Assembly: GCA_030658975.1 (NCBI GenBank)
Contig: JAUSBL010000055.1
Location: 971 to 64,970, forward strand
Reading direction: 5' to 3'
From: Candidatus Latescibacterota bacterium
Lineage (GTDB): Bacteria > Krumholzibacteriota > Krumholzibacteriia > LZORAL124-64-63
DNA length: 64,000 nucleotides
In this document: piece after piece, positions 44,795-55,293 of the stretch
Layout: each line of letters opens with the position of its first letter
Position numbering within the stretch: the first letter of the stretch is position 1
Program-made: the position numbers and the translations under genes
The notes under the pieces: model-generated
What the model was told of the DNA's origin: nothing
The model's input: the letters and a program-made list of their open reading frames with translations, nothing else
Databases searched by the model: none

Positions 44795-44833
44795 CTCAAC
44801 AGATAAGTTTATCCGTTGAGTTGCCGCTGTCAA
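44795..44833 (-). promoter_or_regulatory. nsrR promoter overlapped by a 26-bp near-perfect palindrome (autoregulatory operator candidate)
   Basis: Palindrome CTCAACAGATAAGTTTATCCGTTGAG (44795-44820). Minus-strand TTGACA (44833-44828), 16-nt spacer, TAAACT (44811-44806). GAGGTGA SD precedes ATG 44786. Confidence 0.55.
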
Positions 44834-44888
44834 CTCCGAAATCGCAGAACGAGCCCACCGCACGCCGGCGATGGGCTCGTTCACGAAC

Positions 44889-45890
44889 TCACTCCCCCTC
44901 GACCAACCGCGTCGGCCGCCAGCTGAACTGGAAGACCACCGCGACGTCGCGCTCGTCATCGGCGAACTCGTTGTCGTAGTCGGTCATCACCGGCACGCGC
45001 AGCCCCAGGAAGGGGCTCAGCGAACCCAGCGCGTAGCCGACGCCGGGGTACAGGTCGACCAGGGTGCCGCCCATCCCGAGGTCGGACTCCGTGCTCGGCG
45101 TGCCGTCGCTCCAGGTGGTCTTGGACTTGCCGTCGCCCAGCAGCGTGGCGCCCAGGCCCAGGTTCAGCCACCACTTCGCGCCCACGAGCTTGCGCCCGAA
45201 GACCGTGGCGACGATCTGGTCGGCGCCGGTCACCTCGAAGGTGCGCGTGTCGCCGCCGCCCAGGTCGGTGATCGTCTCGTTCGGCGTGTTCTTGCGGTAC
45301 AGCAGCGAGGCCAGCAGCCCGTGCGTCGGCGTCGAGCGCGCGTACTGCGCGCGCCCGATCAGGTCCAACGTGCCGGTGCCCAGGGGCACGGCATAGATGC
45401 CGTCCATCTTCTCCTCGTCGCCGGTCGGCAGCTTCGCGCTCAGCTGCAGGCGCACGATCGACCCCGGCGCGGACAGCGGCCGCGCGTACTCGGCGTCCAG
45501 GACCACGTCGCCCAGCCCGCCGGCCGAGGCCTCCGTGCCCCAGTAGTGCAGCGTGCGCTCGAAGATCAGCGGCACCCGCGCCTTCAGCACGAACGCGGGC
45601 GAGAACCGGTAGGACGGCGTGAGCAGCCCGGCCTTCTGGTCCCCCGTGACCTCGAAGTACCCGCCGACCCCAACGCCCATCATCGACTTGTCGGCGCCCA
45701 CGGCCGCGTCCGGCGCCGGCGCCGGCGGGAACTCGTCCGCCGTCGGCACGATCAGCGGCGCCATCGTCGGATCCATGTACGGATCGCCGCCCTCACCCTC
45801 CTCCTGCTGCCCCCACGCCGCGCCCGCCGTCATCAAGATCACCAGCGCGAGCCCCCAGACCCACGCCCTGCTCCCCATCGTCCTCTGCAT
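44889..45890 (-). CDS. Outer-membrane beta-barrel transporter-like protein (MetA-pathway/phenol-degradation-like family; tentative)
   Basis: ATG 45890 in ORF 44889-46163. Signal MQRTMGSRAWVWGLALVILMTAGAAWG; beta-strand periodicity; KLPTGDEE motif. Confidence 0.55.
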   Translation of the reverse strand: MQRTMGSRAWVWGLALVILMTAGAAWGQQEEGEGGDPYMDPTMAPLIVPTADEFPPAPAPDAAVGADKSMMGVGVGGYFEVTGDQKAGLLTPSYRFSPAFVLKARVPLIFERTLHYWGTEASAGGLGDVVLDAEYARPLSAPGSIVRLQLSAKLPTGDEEKMDGIYAVPLGTGTLDLIGRAQYARSTPTHGLLASLLYRKNTPNETITDLGGGDTRTFEVTGADQIVATVFGRKLVGAKWWLNLGLGATLLGDGKSKTTWSDGTPSTESDLGMGGTLVDLYPGVGYALGSLSPFLGLRVPVMTDYDNEFADDERDVAVVFQFSWRPTRLVEGE

Positions 45891-45991
45891 GTCCGCCCCT
45901 TTCGGTGGAATTCCCATCCGCAAGGGTAGCACACGCTTGCCCCCATTCAACCAAATTGAAAGCCGACAATCATGTCGCCCTCTCCCCTTTC

Positions 45992-46159
45992 GTAGATCCA
46001 TCTCGTACAGATCATACAGACCCGCTTCGTCGGGGGTGTGATGAAGGCCCCCGGCGCCAGGACGGCGCCGGGGGCCGAAATCCAAGCGCGCCGGACACAC
46101 GCGGTGTCCGGCGCGCGCCCCCCGACGAAGCGGGTCTGTATGATCTGTACGAAGACGGA

Positions 46160-46163
<4 letters not shown>
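45992..46163. repeat. Nested palindromic intergenic element: ~45-nt inverted arms (33 nt perfect) enclosing two perfect 13-bp-stem hairpins
   Basis: Perfect arms 46004-46036 and 46119-46151 (CGTACAGATCATACAGACCCGCTTCGTCGGGGG). Hairpins at 46046-46076 and 46086-46116. The right arm overlaps the typA stop codon. Confidence 0.8.
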
Positions 46164-47974
<1,811 letters not shown>

Positions 47975-48166
47975 CGTTCTTCTCCTGCATCTGCGTTCGC
48001 GGGAGGGGCTATCCCCGAATGCGGTCAAATCGGCCGATTCTCCCTTCTGACGGGCGGATCAGCGCGCATGGGACTTCTGGTCCCGATAGAGACATTCATG
48101 GACAATGATCGGTGTTTGTCCTATCCTTGGCAAGGCGATCGTCCACTTCGGCCCCGGAGCAGGTCC

Positions 48167-48856
48167 GTGCAGCTGAACGTCCGCGAAGTCGCAAGACTCC
48201 TGAGCGTCTCCGAGAAGACGATCTACCGCTGGATCCGCGACGGGCACATCCCCGCCTACCGCTTCCAGGACCAGTACCGGTTCAGCCGCACCGAGCTGCT
48301 GGAGTGGGCCACGGCCCGCCGGATCGGGATCAGGCCCGACATCATCCACGATAACGCCGAAGAGTCGGTTTCCCCACTGCGCCTCGCCGATGCGCTCCTG
48401 GAGGGCGGGATCCACTACCGCATTTCCGGGCGCACGCGCGAGGAGGTTCTGCGCGCGGCCGTGGACGTGATGAAGTTCCCCGAGGGAGCCGATCGCGCGA
48501 CCGTCCTGAGCCTTTTCATGGCCCGGGAGGAACTCGCCTCGACCGCCATCGGCGACGGCATCGCCGTCCCGCACGTGCGCAGCCCGATCGTGCTGCAGGT
48601 CGAACGACCGCTCGTCTACCTCTGCCTGCTCGAAGCCCCGGTCGAATTCGGCGCCCTCGACGGTCTGCCGGTCCACGCCCTGTTCTTCCTGGTCTGCCCA
48701 ACGGTGCGCTCGCACCTGCGCCTGCTGTCGCGTCTGGCCTTCTGCCTGCGCGATCCCGCCTTCCGCGAGGTGGTGCGCCGGCCGGACGTGCGCGAGGAGA
48801 TCCTCGCGCAGATGCGGCGCGTGGAGGACAGCCTCGCGGAAGCGCCCGCGTCATGA
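48167..48856 (+). CDS. Excisionase/MerR-type HTH fused to a PTS EIIA(Ntr)-like domain (putative regulator)
   Basis: Tail of ORF 45905-48856. LNVREVARLLSVSEKTIYRWIRDGHIPAY (HTH). GDGIAVPHVRSP is an EIIA-2 type His motif. GTG 48167 is favoured; ATG 48098 and 48068 are possible. The stop overlaps the next start (ATGA). Confidence 0.65.
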   Translation: MQLNVREVARLLSVSEKTIYRWIRDGHIPAYRFQDQYRFSRTELLEWATARRIGIRPDIIHDNAEESVSPLRLADALLEGGIHYRISGRTREEVLRAAVDVMKFPEGADRATVLSLFMAREELASTAIGDGIAVPHVRSPIVLQVERPLVYLCLLEAPVEFGALDGLPVHALFFLVCPTVRSHLRLLSRLAFCLRDPAFREVVRRPDVREEILAQMRRVEDSLAEAPAS

Positions 48857-50787
48857 CGCTCCTGCTGGTCGCGCTGGGCCTGCTCGTCGCCAGCGGGACT
48901 GCTGCGTTGCTGTGCCGGCGATCGCCCCGCGCCGCCAACCTGATCGGCGCCGGCGGCGCGGCCGCGGCCTGCGCGCTGGGGCTGATCCCGGCCGTCGTCG
49001 GCCTCGGTGGCGGCGAGGCAAAATTCGATCTGGCGTGGCCCGTCCCCGGCGGCTCCCTCTCGCTCGCGATCGACCCGCTCACCGCATTCTTCCTGCTGCC
49101 GCTGTTCGCCCTCTGCGGACTGGCCGCCGTCTACGGCGCCGGCTACCTCGGCGGCCGGCCCGGCCGGCGGTCCCCCGGTGCCCCCTGGTTCTTCTTCAAC
49201 TGGCTCGTCGCCGGCATGGTCGTCGTGGTCACGGCGCGCAACGCGGTCCTGTTCCTGTTGGCGTGGGAAGTCATGTCGCTCGCGTCGTACTTCCTGGTCA
49301 CGCACGAGGACGAGCGGCCGGAAGTGCGGGAAGCGGGCTGGACCTACCTGGTCGCGACCCATTTCGGCAACGCCTGCCTGATCGCCCTGTTCGCCCTGCT
49401 GGGACCGCGCTCCCTCGACTTCGCCGACTTCGCCCCCGCCGCCCCGGCGGGCCTGCTGTTCGTGCTGGCCCTGATCGGGTTCGGCACGAAGGCCGGCTTC
49501 GTGCCCCTGCACGTCTGGCTGCCGGAAGCGCACCCGGCGGCGCCGAGCCACGTCTCGGCCGTCATGTCGGGCGTCATGATCAAGATGGGGATCTACGGGC
49601 TGCTGCGCACGCTGACCTGGCTCGGTCCGCCGCCGCTCTGGTGGGGGGGGCTCCTGATCGGCATCGGCGCGGCTTCGGGCCTCTTCGCCGTGCTGTTCGC
49701 CCTGGCCCAGGGCGACCTCAAGCGCCTGCTGGCCTACAGCAGCGTGGAGAACACTTCGATCATCGCCCTGGGCCTCGGGGTCGGGCTGGTCGGCCTGCAC
49801 ACCGGGACGCCGGGCGTGGCCATCCTCGGTTTCGCGGGCGCGCTGCTGCACGTCTGGACGCACGCACTCGGCAAGGGCCTGCTGTTCCTGGGCGCGGGCG
49901 CGGTGCTGCACGCGACCGGCACCCGGGAGATGGACCGGCTCGGCGGACTGTCGCGCAGCATGCCGCTGACCTCGGCGACCTTCCTGGTCGGCGCCGCGGC
50001 GGTCGCCGGCCTGCCGCCGCTGAGCGGCTTCTTCAGCGAGTTCCTGATCCTGTACGGCGCGGTCCAGCACGCCGGATTGCACAGCCTGGCCGCCATGGTC
50101 GCCCTGGCGCTCATGAGCGGTCTGGCGGCCGCCGTCTTCGTGCGCGCATTCGGGAGCGTCTTCCTGGGCGCCGCGCGCGACGGCACCGTGCGCGGCGCCC
50201 ACGATCCGGGAGCGGCCATGCGGGCCCCGCTGGCGATCCTGGCCCCGGCGCTGCTCGTGCTCGGCCTGGCGACGCCGGTGCTGGTGCCCGCACTGGCGCC
50301 GGTGGTGGAGCAGCTCGTCAGCCTGCCGGCGCAACGGGACCTCGACGCCGCTTCGGCGCCGCTGGCGGTCGTCGTGCTGGGTTCGGTCGTCTTGATGGCG
50401 CTCGTCGCGCTGATCGCCGGTGGGCGCCGGCTGCTGCTGGCGGGGCGGACGGTGGGATCGGCCGTGACCTGGGACTGCGGCTACGCGCACCCCACGGCGC
50501 GCATGCAGTACACCGCCTCGTCGTTTGCGCAGCCGCTCACCGCGCTCTTCGGCCCCGTCCTGCGGACGCGGGAAACCGCCGACGCGCCGCGCGGCCTCTT
50601 CCCCGATGCCGTCTCCTTCGCCACCCGGACGCCGGACGCCGTCCGCGAGCGCGTCTGGCGGCCGCTCTTTGCGCACGTGTCCGGCGCGTTGCACGCCATG
50701 CACCGCCTGCAGCACGGCCGGCTGCACCTCTACGTCATCTCCATCGCGCTGACGCTGGTGGTCCTGCTGCTCTGGAGGCTGTCGTGA
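48853..50787 (+). CDS. HyfB/HycC/NuoL-like antiporter-type membrane subunit
   Basis: 644-aa ORF. It contains LLAWEVMSLASYFLV, GFGTKAGFVPLHVWLPEAHPAAPSHVSAVMSG and RLLAYSSVEN. Confidence 0.85.
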   Translation: MTLLLVALGLLVASGTAALLCRRSPRAANLIGAGGAAAACALGLIPAVVGLGGGEAKFDLAWPVPGGSLSLAIDPLTAFFLLPLFALCGLAAVYGAGYLGGRPGRRSPGAPWFFFNWLVAGMVVVVTARNAVLFLLAWEVMSLASYFLVTHEDERPEVREAGWTYLVATHFGNACLIALFALLGPRSLDFADFAPAAPAGLLFVLALIGFGTKAGFVPLHVWLPEAHPAAPSHVSAVMSGVMIKMGIYGLLRTLTWLGPPPLWWGGLLIGIGAASGLFAVLFALAQGDLKRLLAYSSVENTSIIALGLGVGLVGLHTGTPGVAILGFAGALLHVWTHALGKGLLFLGAGAVLHATGTREMDRLGGLSRSMPLTSATFLVGAAAVAGLPPLSGFFSEFLILYGAVQHAGLHSLAAMVALALMSGLAAAVFVRAFGSVFLGAARDGTVRGAHDPGAAMRAPLAILAPALLVLGLATPVLVPALAPVVEQLVSLPAQRDLDAASAPLAVVVLGSVVLMALVALIAGGRRLLLAGRTVGSAVTWDCGYAHPTARMQYTASSFAQPLTALFGPVLRTRETADAPRGLFPDAVSFATRTPDAVRERVWRPLFAHVSGALHAMHRLQHGRLHLYVISIALTLVVLLLWRLS

Positions 50788-51689
50788 GCGGCTACGCCGG
50801 ACTCTTCGCGGCGCTGGTCCTGGCGCCCCTGCTGCCCGGGGTGATCAACCGGACGAAGTCGTTCTTCGCCGGCCGCCGCGGCCCGCCGCTGCTGCAGCCC
50901 TACTTCGACCTGGCCAAGCTCCTGCGCAAGGGTGCGGTCTACAGCACGACGACGACCTGGCTGTTCCGGGCCGGTCCGGTCGTCGGGCTCGCGGCCATGA
51001 TCGTGGCCTCGGCGCTCGCGCCGTTCGGGGGCGTCAGCGCGCCGCTGGCCTTCGCCGGGGACTTCCTGTTCTTCGCCGGACTGCTCGGCGTGACCCGCTT
51101 CGTGACGATGCTGGCGGCGCTCGACACCGGGTCGAGCTTCGAGGGGATGGGGGCCAGCCGCGAGGCGCAGTTCGCCGCGCTGGCGGAGCCGGCGTTCCTG
51201 CTCGGGCTGACGGCCGTCGCCTGGAAGACCGGCGGGCTCTCGCTGTCGGGCATGCTCGGGACCAACTCGTTCGCGACCTGGAGCGGCGCCACGGCGCCGC
51301 TGGCGCTGGTCTGCGTGTCCCTGCTGGTCGTCTTCCTGGCGGAGAATGCGCGCATCCCCGTGGACGACCCCAACACCCACCTCGAGCTGACGATGTTCCA
51401 CGAGGTCATGGTCCTCGACCACGGCGGCCCCGACCTCGCCCTGATCCAGTACGCGGCCGCGCTGAAGATGTGGGTGCTCGGTTCGCTCGTCGTCGGCATC
51501 GCGCTGCCGGTCCGCAGCCTCGCTCACGGCTGGGCGTTCGCCGCCTCGGTGGCCGGCATGCTCGTGCTCTGCGTGATCGTGGGCGTCGTCGAGTCGTGCC
51601 TCGCGCGGCTGCGGCTGACGCGGGTGCCCCAACTGCTGCTGGGAGCGGGCGTGCTGTCGCTCCTGGCGCTCTTCATCGGATTGAAATGA
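50784..51689 (+). CDS. HyfC/HycD/NuoH-like membrane subunit
   Basis: GTG 50784 (GTGA overlap) in ORF 48912-51689. It contains GRRGPPLLQPYFDLAKLLRK and FLAENARIPVDDPNTHLELTM. Confidence 0.8.
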   Translation: MSGYAGLFAALVLAPLLPGVINRTKSFFAGRRGPPLLQPYFDLAKLLRKGAVYSTTTTWLFRAGPVVGLAAMIVASALAPFGGVSAPLAFAGDFLFFAGLLGVTRFVTMLAALDTGSSFEGMGASREAQFAALAEPAFLLGLTAVAWKTGGLSLSGMLGTNSFATWSGATAPLALVCVSLLVVFLAENARIPVDDPNTHLELTMFHEVMVLDHGGPDLALIQYAAALKMWVLGSLVVGIALPVRSLAHGWAFAASVAGMLVLCVIVGVVESCLARLRLTRVPQLLLGAGVLSLLALFIGLK

Positions 51690-52351
51690 ACAGCTGGATC
51701 GACGCAGTCCTGGTGCTGATCACCCTGACGAGCCTGGTGCTGCTGGGCGCGAGCCGGCTGGGCACGAGCATCCGCATGGTGGCCCTGCAGGGAGTCCTGC
51801 TGAGCCCGTTGCCGCTGCTCCTCGCGGGGCCATCCGGCTTCGGGCCGCGCGCCGCCATGCTGGCGGTCGCGACCGTGCTGATCAAGGGCCTCGGCTTCCC
51901 GTGGCTGATGGCGCGGGCCGTGCGCGGCGGCTCGCAGCGGCGGGAGATGGACCCGCGCGTCGGCTACAACGCCTCGCTGCTGGCGGGGGTGCTGCTGATG
52001 GTCGTCGCGTTCCTGCTCAGCAGCCGGCTGCCGCTGCCGCCCGGGGAAGGGACCCCGCTCGTCTTGCCCGTGGCCCTGTTCAACATCCTGGCCGGGATGT
52101 TCGTCATCGCCAGCCGCCGCCAGGCGATCACGCAGGTGCTCGGCTACCTCGTGATGGAGAACGGCATCTACGTGTTCGGCGTGGGGATCGCCAGCCACCA
52201 GCCGCTGCTGGTCGAGCTGGGCATCCTGCTCGACGTCTTCGCCGCCGTGTTCGTCATGGGCATCGTCATCTTCCACATGGGCCGCGAGCTCGACCACACC
52301 GACACCGACCGCCTGACCCTGCTCAACGACTGGCAGAAGGAGAAGGAGTGA
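51686..52351 (+). CDS. HyfE-like small membrane subunit
   Basis: ATG 51686 (ATGA overlap) in ORF 51470-52351. 221 aa, about 6 TM segments. Contains LGYLVMENGIYVFG. Confidence 0.7.
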   Translation: MNSWIDAVLVLITLTSLVLLGASRLGTSIRMVALQGVLLSPLPLLLAGPSGFGPRAAMLAVATVLIKGLGFPWLMARAVRGGSQRREMDPRVGYNASLLAGVLLMVVAFLLSSRLPLPPGEGTPLVLPVALFNILAGMFVIASRRQAITQVLGYLVMENGIYVFGVGIASHQPLLVELGILLDVFAAVFVMGIVIFHMGRELDHTDTDRLTLLNDWQKEKE

Positions 52352-52358
52352 AGGCCTC

Positions 52359-53822
52359 GTGATCGGCGCCCTGATCATCGTCCCCGCGCTCGCCGGCGCG
52401 CTCTGCTTCGGGCTGCGGTCCACGCGCGCCCGCCGCGAGCTGCTGGTCGCGACGGCCGCGGCGCACACGGCGCTCACCGTCGCCGCCTGGCGCGGCTCGC
52501 CCGAGCCGACCCTGTACGACTGGCTGGCGCTGGACGACCTGGGGCGGCTCTTCCTCGGCATCACCAGCCTGCTGTTCCTGGTCGCCGCCGTGTACGCCGT
52601 CGGCTACCTGGCCCGCGAGAAGGTCCGGGCCGCCGGCGACCCCGGCGAGGATTTCCTGTTCCGGAACATCCCCGAGGCGGCGTTCACGGGCTGCCTGCTG
52701 CTGTTCCTGTCGGCGATGACGCTCGTCATCACGAGCCGCCACCTCGGGCTGCTCTGGGCGGGCGTGGAGGCGACGACCCTGGCGAGCGCGCCGCTCATCT
52801 TCTTCCACCGCCACCAGCGCTCGCTGGAGGCGACCTGGAAGTACCTGGTCCTCTGCTCGCTCGGCATCGCGGTGGCGCTGCTGGGGAGCTTCTTCCTCTC
52901 GGTCGCGTTGCGGGAAACGTCCACCTCTTCTTCGCTCGTGCTCGACGATTTGCTGCGCCGGGCGCCGGGGGCCGACGTGCCGTGGCTGCGCGCCGCGTTC
53001 ATCTGCCTGCTCGTCGGCTACGGCACCAAGATGGGCCTCGCCCCGCTGCACAACTGGCTGCCGGACGCCCACAGCGAGGCCCCGTCGGTCGTCTCCGCGC
53101 TGCTCTCGGGCGCGCTGCTGAACTGCGCCTTCCTGGCCATCCTGCGCGTGCTGCAGGTCTGCGAGGCGGCCGGACAGGGCGGGTTCGCGCGCGATCTGCT
53201 GCTCGGCTTCGGCCTGTTCTCGATGGCGACGGCGGCCGTGTTCCTGGTGCGCCAGCCCGACTTCAAGCGCCTGCTCGCCTATTCGAGCGTCGAGCACATG
53301 GGCATCCTGGCCGTCGGCGTCGGGCTCGGCGGACTCGGCAGCTACGGCGCGCTGCTGCACGCCGTCAGCCATTCGCTCACCAAGGGGATGCTGTTCCTCG
53401 TCGCGGGGAACATCATGTCCGCCTACCAGACCAAGGCGGCCGCCGGGGTGCGGGGCCTGCTGCGCGGGCTGCCGGCCTCCGGCATCCTCTGGACGGCCGG
53501 CTTCTTCGCCATCGCGGGTTCGCCGCCGTTCGGCACCTTCCTGAGCGAATTGACGATCGTCCGCGCGGCGCTGGGCCTGGGCCGGCCGCTCGTGGCCGTC
53601 GCGATGCTCCTGCTGCTCGGGGTGATCTTCGCCGGCATGTCGCGCACGATGCTGGCGATGGCGCACGGCGAAGCGCCGACGAAGCATCCCGCGGAGCCGT
53701 TCCTGGCCGTGGCCCCCCCCGTCGTGCTGGCGGTGCTGGTCCTGCTGCTCGGGCTCTACATCCCGCCGCCGCTCGAGGCGACGCTGCGTCTGGCCGCCCG
53801 CGCCTTAGGTGTGCCGTCATGA
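52359..53822 (+). CDS. HyfF/NuoM/N-like antiporter-type membrane subunit
   Basis: 487-aa ORF (GTG start). It contains GYGTKMGLAPLHNWLPDAHSEAPSVVSALLSG and RLLAYSSVEHMG. Confidence 0.85.
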   Translation: MIGALIIVPALAGALCFGLRSTRARRELLVATAAAHTALTVAAWRGSPEPTLYDWLALDDLGRLFLGITSLLFLVAAVYAVGYLAREKVRAAGDPGEDFLFRNIPEAAFTGCLLLFLSAMTLVITSRHLGLLWAGVEATTLASAPLIFFHRHQRSLEATWKYLVLCSLGIAVALLGSFFLSVALRETSTSSSLVLDDLLRRAPGADVPWLRAAFICLLVGYGTKMGLAPLHNWLPDAHSEAPSVVSALLSGALLNCAFLAILRVLQVCEAAGQGGFARDLLLGFGLFSMATAAVFLVRQPDFKRLLAYSSVEHMGILAVGVGLGGLGSYGALLHAVSHSLTKGMLFLVAGNIMSAYQTKAAAGVRGLLRGLPASGILWTAGFFAIAGSPPFGTFLSELTIVRAALGLGRPLVAVAMLLLLGVIFAGMSRTMLAMAHGEAPTKHPAEPFLAVAPPVVLAVLVLLLGLYIPPPLEATLRLAARALGVPS

Positions 53823-53835
53823 TGGGGGTGCCGTC

Positions 53836-55293
53836 ATGATGCCGATCGCCAACGGCGGACGGGTGGCCCTGCGCGAGGTGCCGCGGCTCCCGATCGAGCG
53901 CTTCCGGGAGGAGATCATCGCGGCGGTCGGCCGCGGCGGTCGCCTCTCCGCGTTCTTCGGTCGGCCCGACGGCGACGGGACGCTGCTGCTGGCGCTGCTC
54001 TCCTCGGGCGAGACGAGCGGTCTGGCCGCCGTGTCGATGCGGGTCGGCGACGCCTATCCGGCCCTGACGCCGGACTGCCCGCAGGCGCACTGGTTCGAGC
54101 GGGAGATCCACGAAAGCTGCGGCGTGACGCCCCTGGGGCACCCGTGGCTCAAGCCGGTGCGCTTCCCGCGCGGCGACGTCGGCAAGGCCGACTTCTACCG
54201 CGTGGAAGGCCGGGAAATCCACGAGGTCGCCGTGGGGCCGGTGCACGCCGGCATCATCGAGCCCGGCCACTTCCGCTTCCAGTGCCACGGCGAGCGCGTG
54301 CTGCACCTCGAGATCTCGCTCGGCTACCAGCACCGCGGCGTGGAGCGGGCCCTGGTCGGCGGCCCGGACCGGCGCACCATGCCCTACCTCGAGACGCTGG
54401 CGGGAGACACCAGCATCGGCCACGCGTACGCCGGCGCTCTGGTGATCGAGGCGCTGGCCGGAGTCCCCGCGCCGCCGCGGGCCGACGCGCTGCGCGGCAT
54501 CGCGCTGGAACTGGAGCGCTTGGCCAACCACACCGGCGACCTCGGCGCGCTCTCCGGCGACATCGGCTTCCTGCCGACCGCCTCCTTCTGCGGGCGCCTG
54601 CGCGGCGACTTCCTCAATCTGACTGCGGCTCTCTGCGGCAACCGCTTCGGCCGCGGCCTGGTCCGCCCCGGCGGCGTGCTCTTCGACCTCGACCGCGCGC
54701 GGGCGGAAGGCATGAAGGCCCGCCTGGCCGACACCCTGCGCGACGTGACCGCGGCCACGGACCTGCTCTGGGAGACCGCCACCGTGCTGTCGCGGTTCGA
54801 GGATACGGGGACCGTCGCGCCCGCAGCGTGCGCGGAACTGGGGCTGGTGGGACCGCCGGCGCGCGCCTGCGGCCTGGAGCGCGACGTGCGCTACGAGCAG
54901 CCGTGCGGGATCTACCGCTTCCGGCAGATCCCGGTCTCGACCTGGTCGACCGGGGACGTGCTGGCCCGGGCGAACGTGCGCGCGCTGGAGATCCAGAGGT
55001 CGGCGGAGTTCGTCGACGCGCTGATCGGGGCGCTGCCGGAGGGGCCGCTGCGGACCCCGACGGGCGCGCCGGCCCCGGATTCGCTGGCGGTCTCGCTGAT
55101 CGAGGGGTGGCGCGGGGAGATCTGCCACGCGGCGGTGACCGACGACCGGGGGCGCTTCGCGACCTACCGGATCGTCGACCCGTCGTGCCACAACTGGACC
55201 GCCCTGGCCCTCGCGATGCGCGGCCAGGAGATCTCCGACTTCCCGCTCTGCAACAAGAGCTTCAACCTTTCCTACTGCGGGCACGACCTATGA
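53836..55293 (+). CDS. HycE/HyfG/NuoCD-like large subunit lacking all four [NiFe]-ligand cysteines
   Basis: ORF 53809-55293. It contains GPVHAGIIEPGHFRF and GYQHRGVE. ETLAGDTSIGHAY stands where E. coli HycE (recalled) has DRVCGICGFAH. SFNLSYCGHDL stands where HycE has SLDPCYSCTDR. Confidence 0.8.
   Translation: MMPIANGGRVALREVPRLPIERFREEIIAAVGRGGRLSAFFGRPDGDGTLLLALLSSGETSGLAAVSMRVGDAYPALTPDCPQAHWFEREIHESCGVTPLGHPWLKPVRFPRGDVGKADFYRVEGREIHEVAVGPVHAGIIEPGHFRFQCHGERVLHLEISLGYQHRGVERALVGGPDRRTMPYLETLAGDTSIGHAYAGALVIEALAGVPAPPRADALRGIALELERLANHTGDLGALSGDIGFLPTASFCGRLRGDFLNLTAALCGNRFGRGLVRPGGVLFDLDRARAEGMKARLADTLRDVTAATDLLWETATVLSRFEDTGTVAPAACAELGLVGPPARACGLERDVRYEQPCGIYRFRQIPVSTWSTGDVLARANVRALEIQRSAEFVDALIGALPEGPLRTPTGAPAPDSLAVSLIEGWRGEICHAAVTDDRGRFATYRIVDPSCHNWTALALAMRGQEISDFPLCNKSFNLSYCGHDL

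Noticed and set aside
48128-48144. Sigma54 promoter upstream of the HTH-EIIA gene (TGGCA present)
   Set aside because: The -12 element does not fit: TCGTC stands where TTGC(A/T) is expected at the correct spacing.
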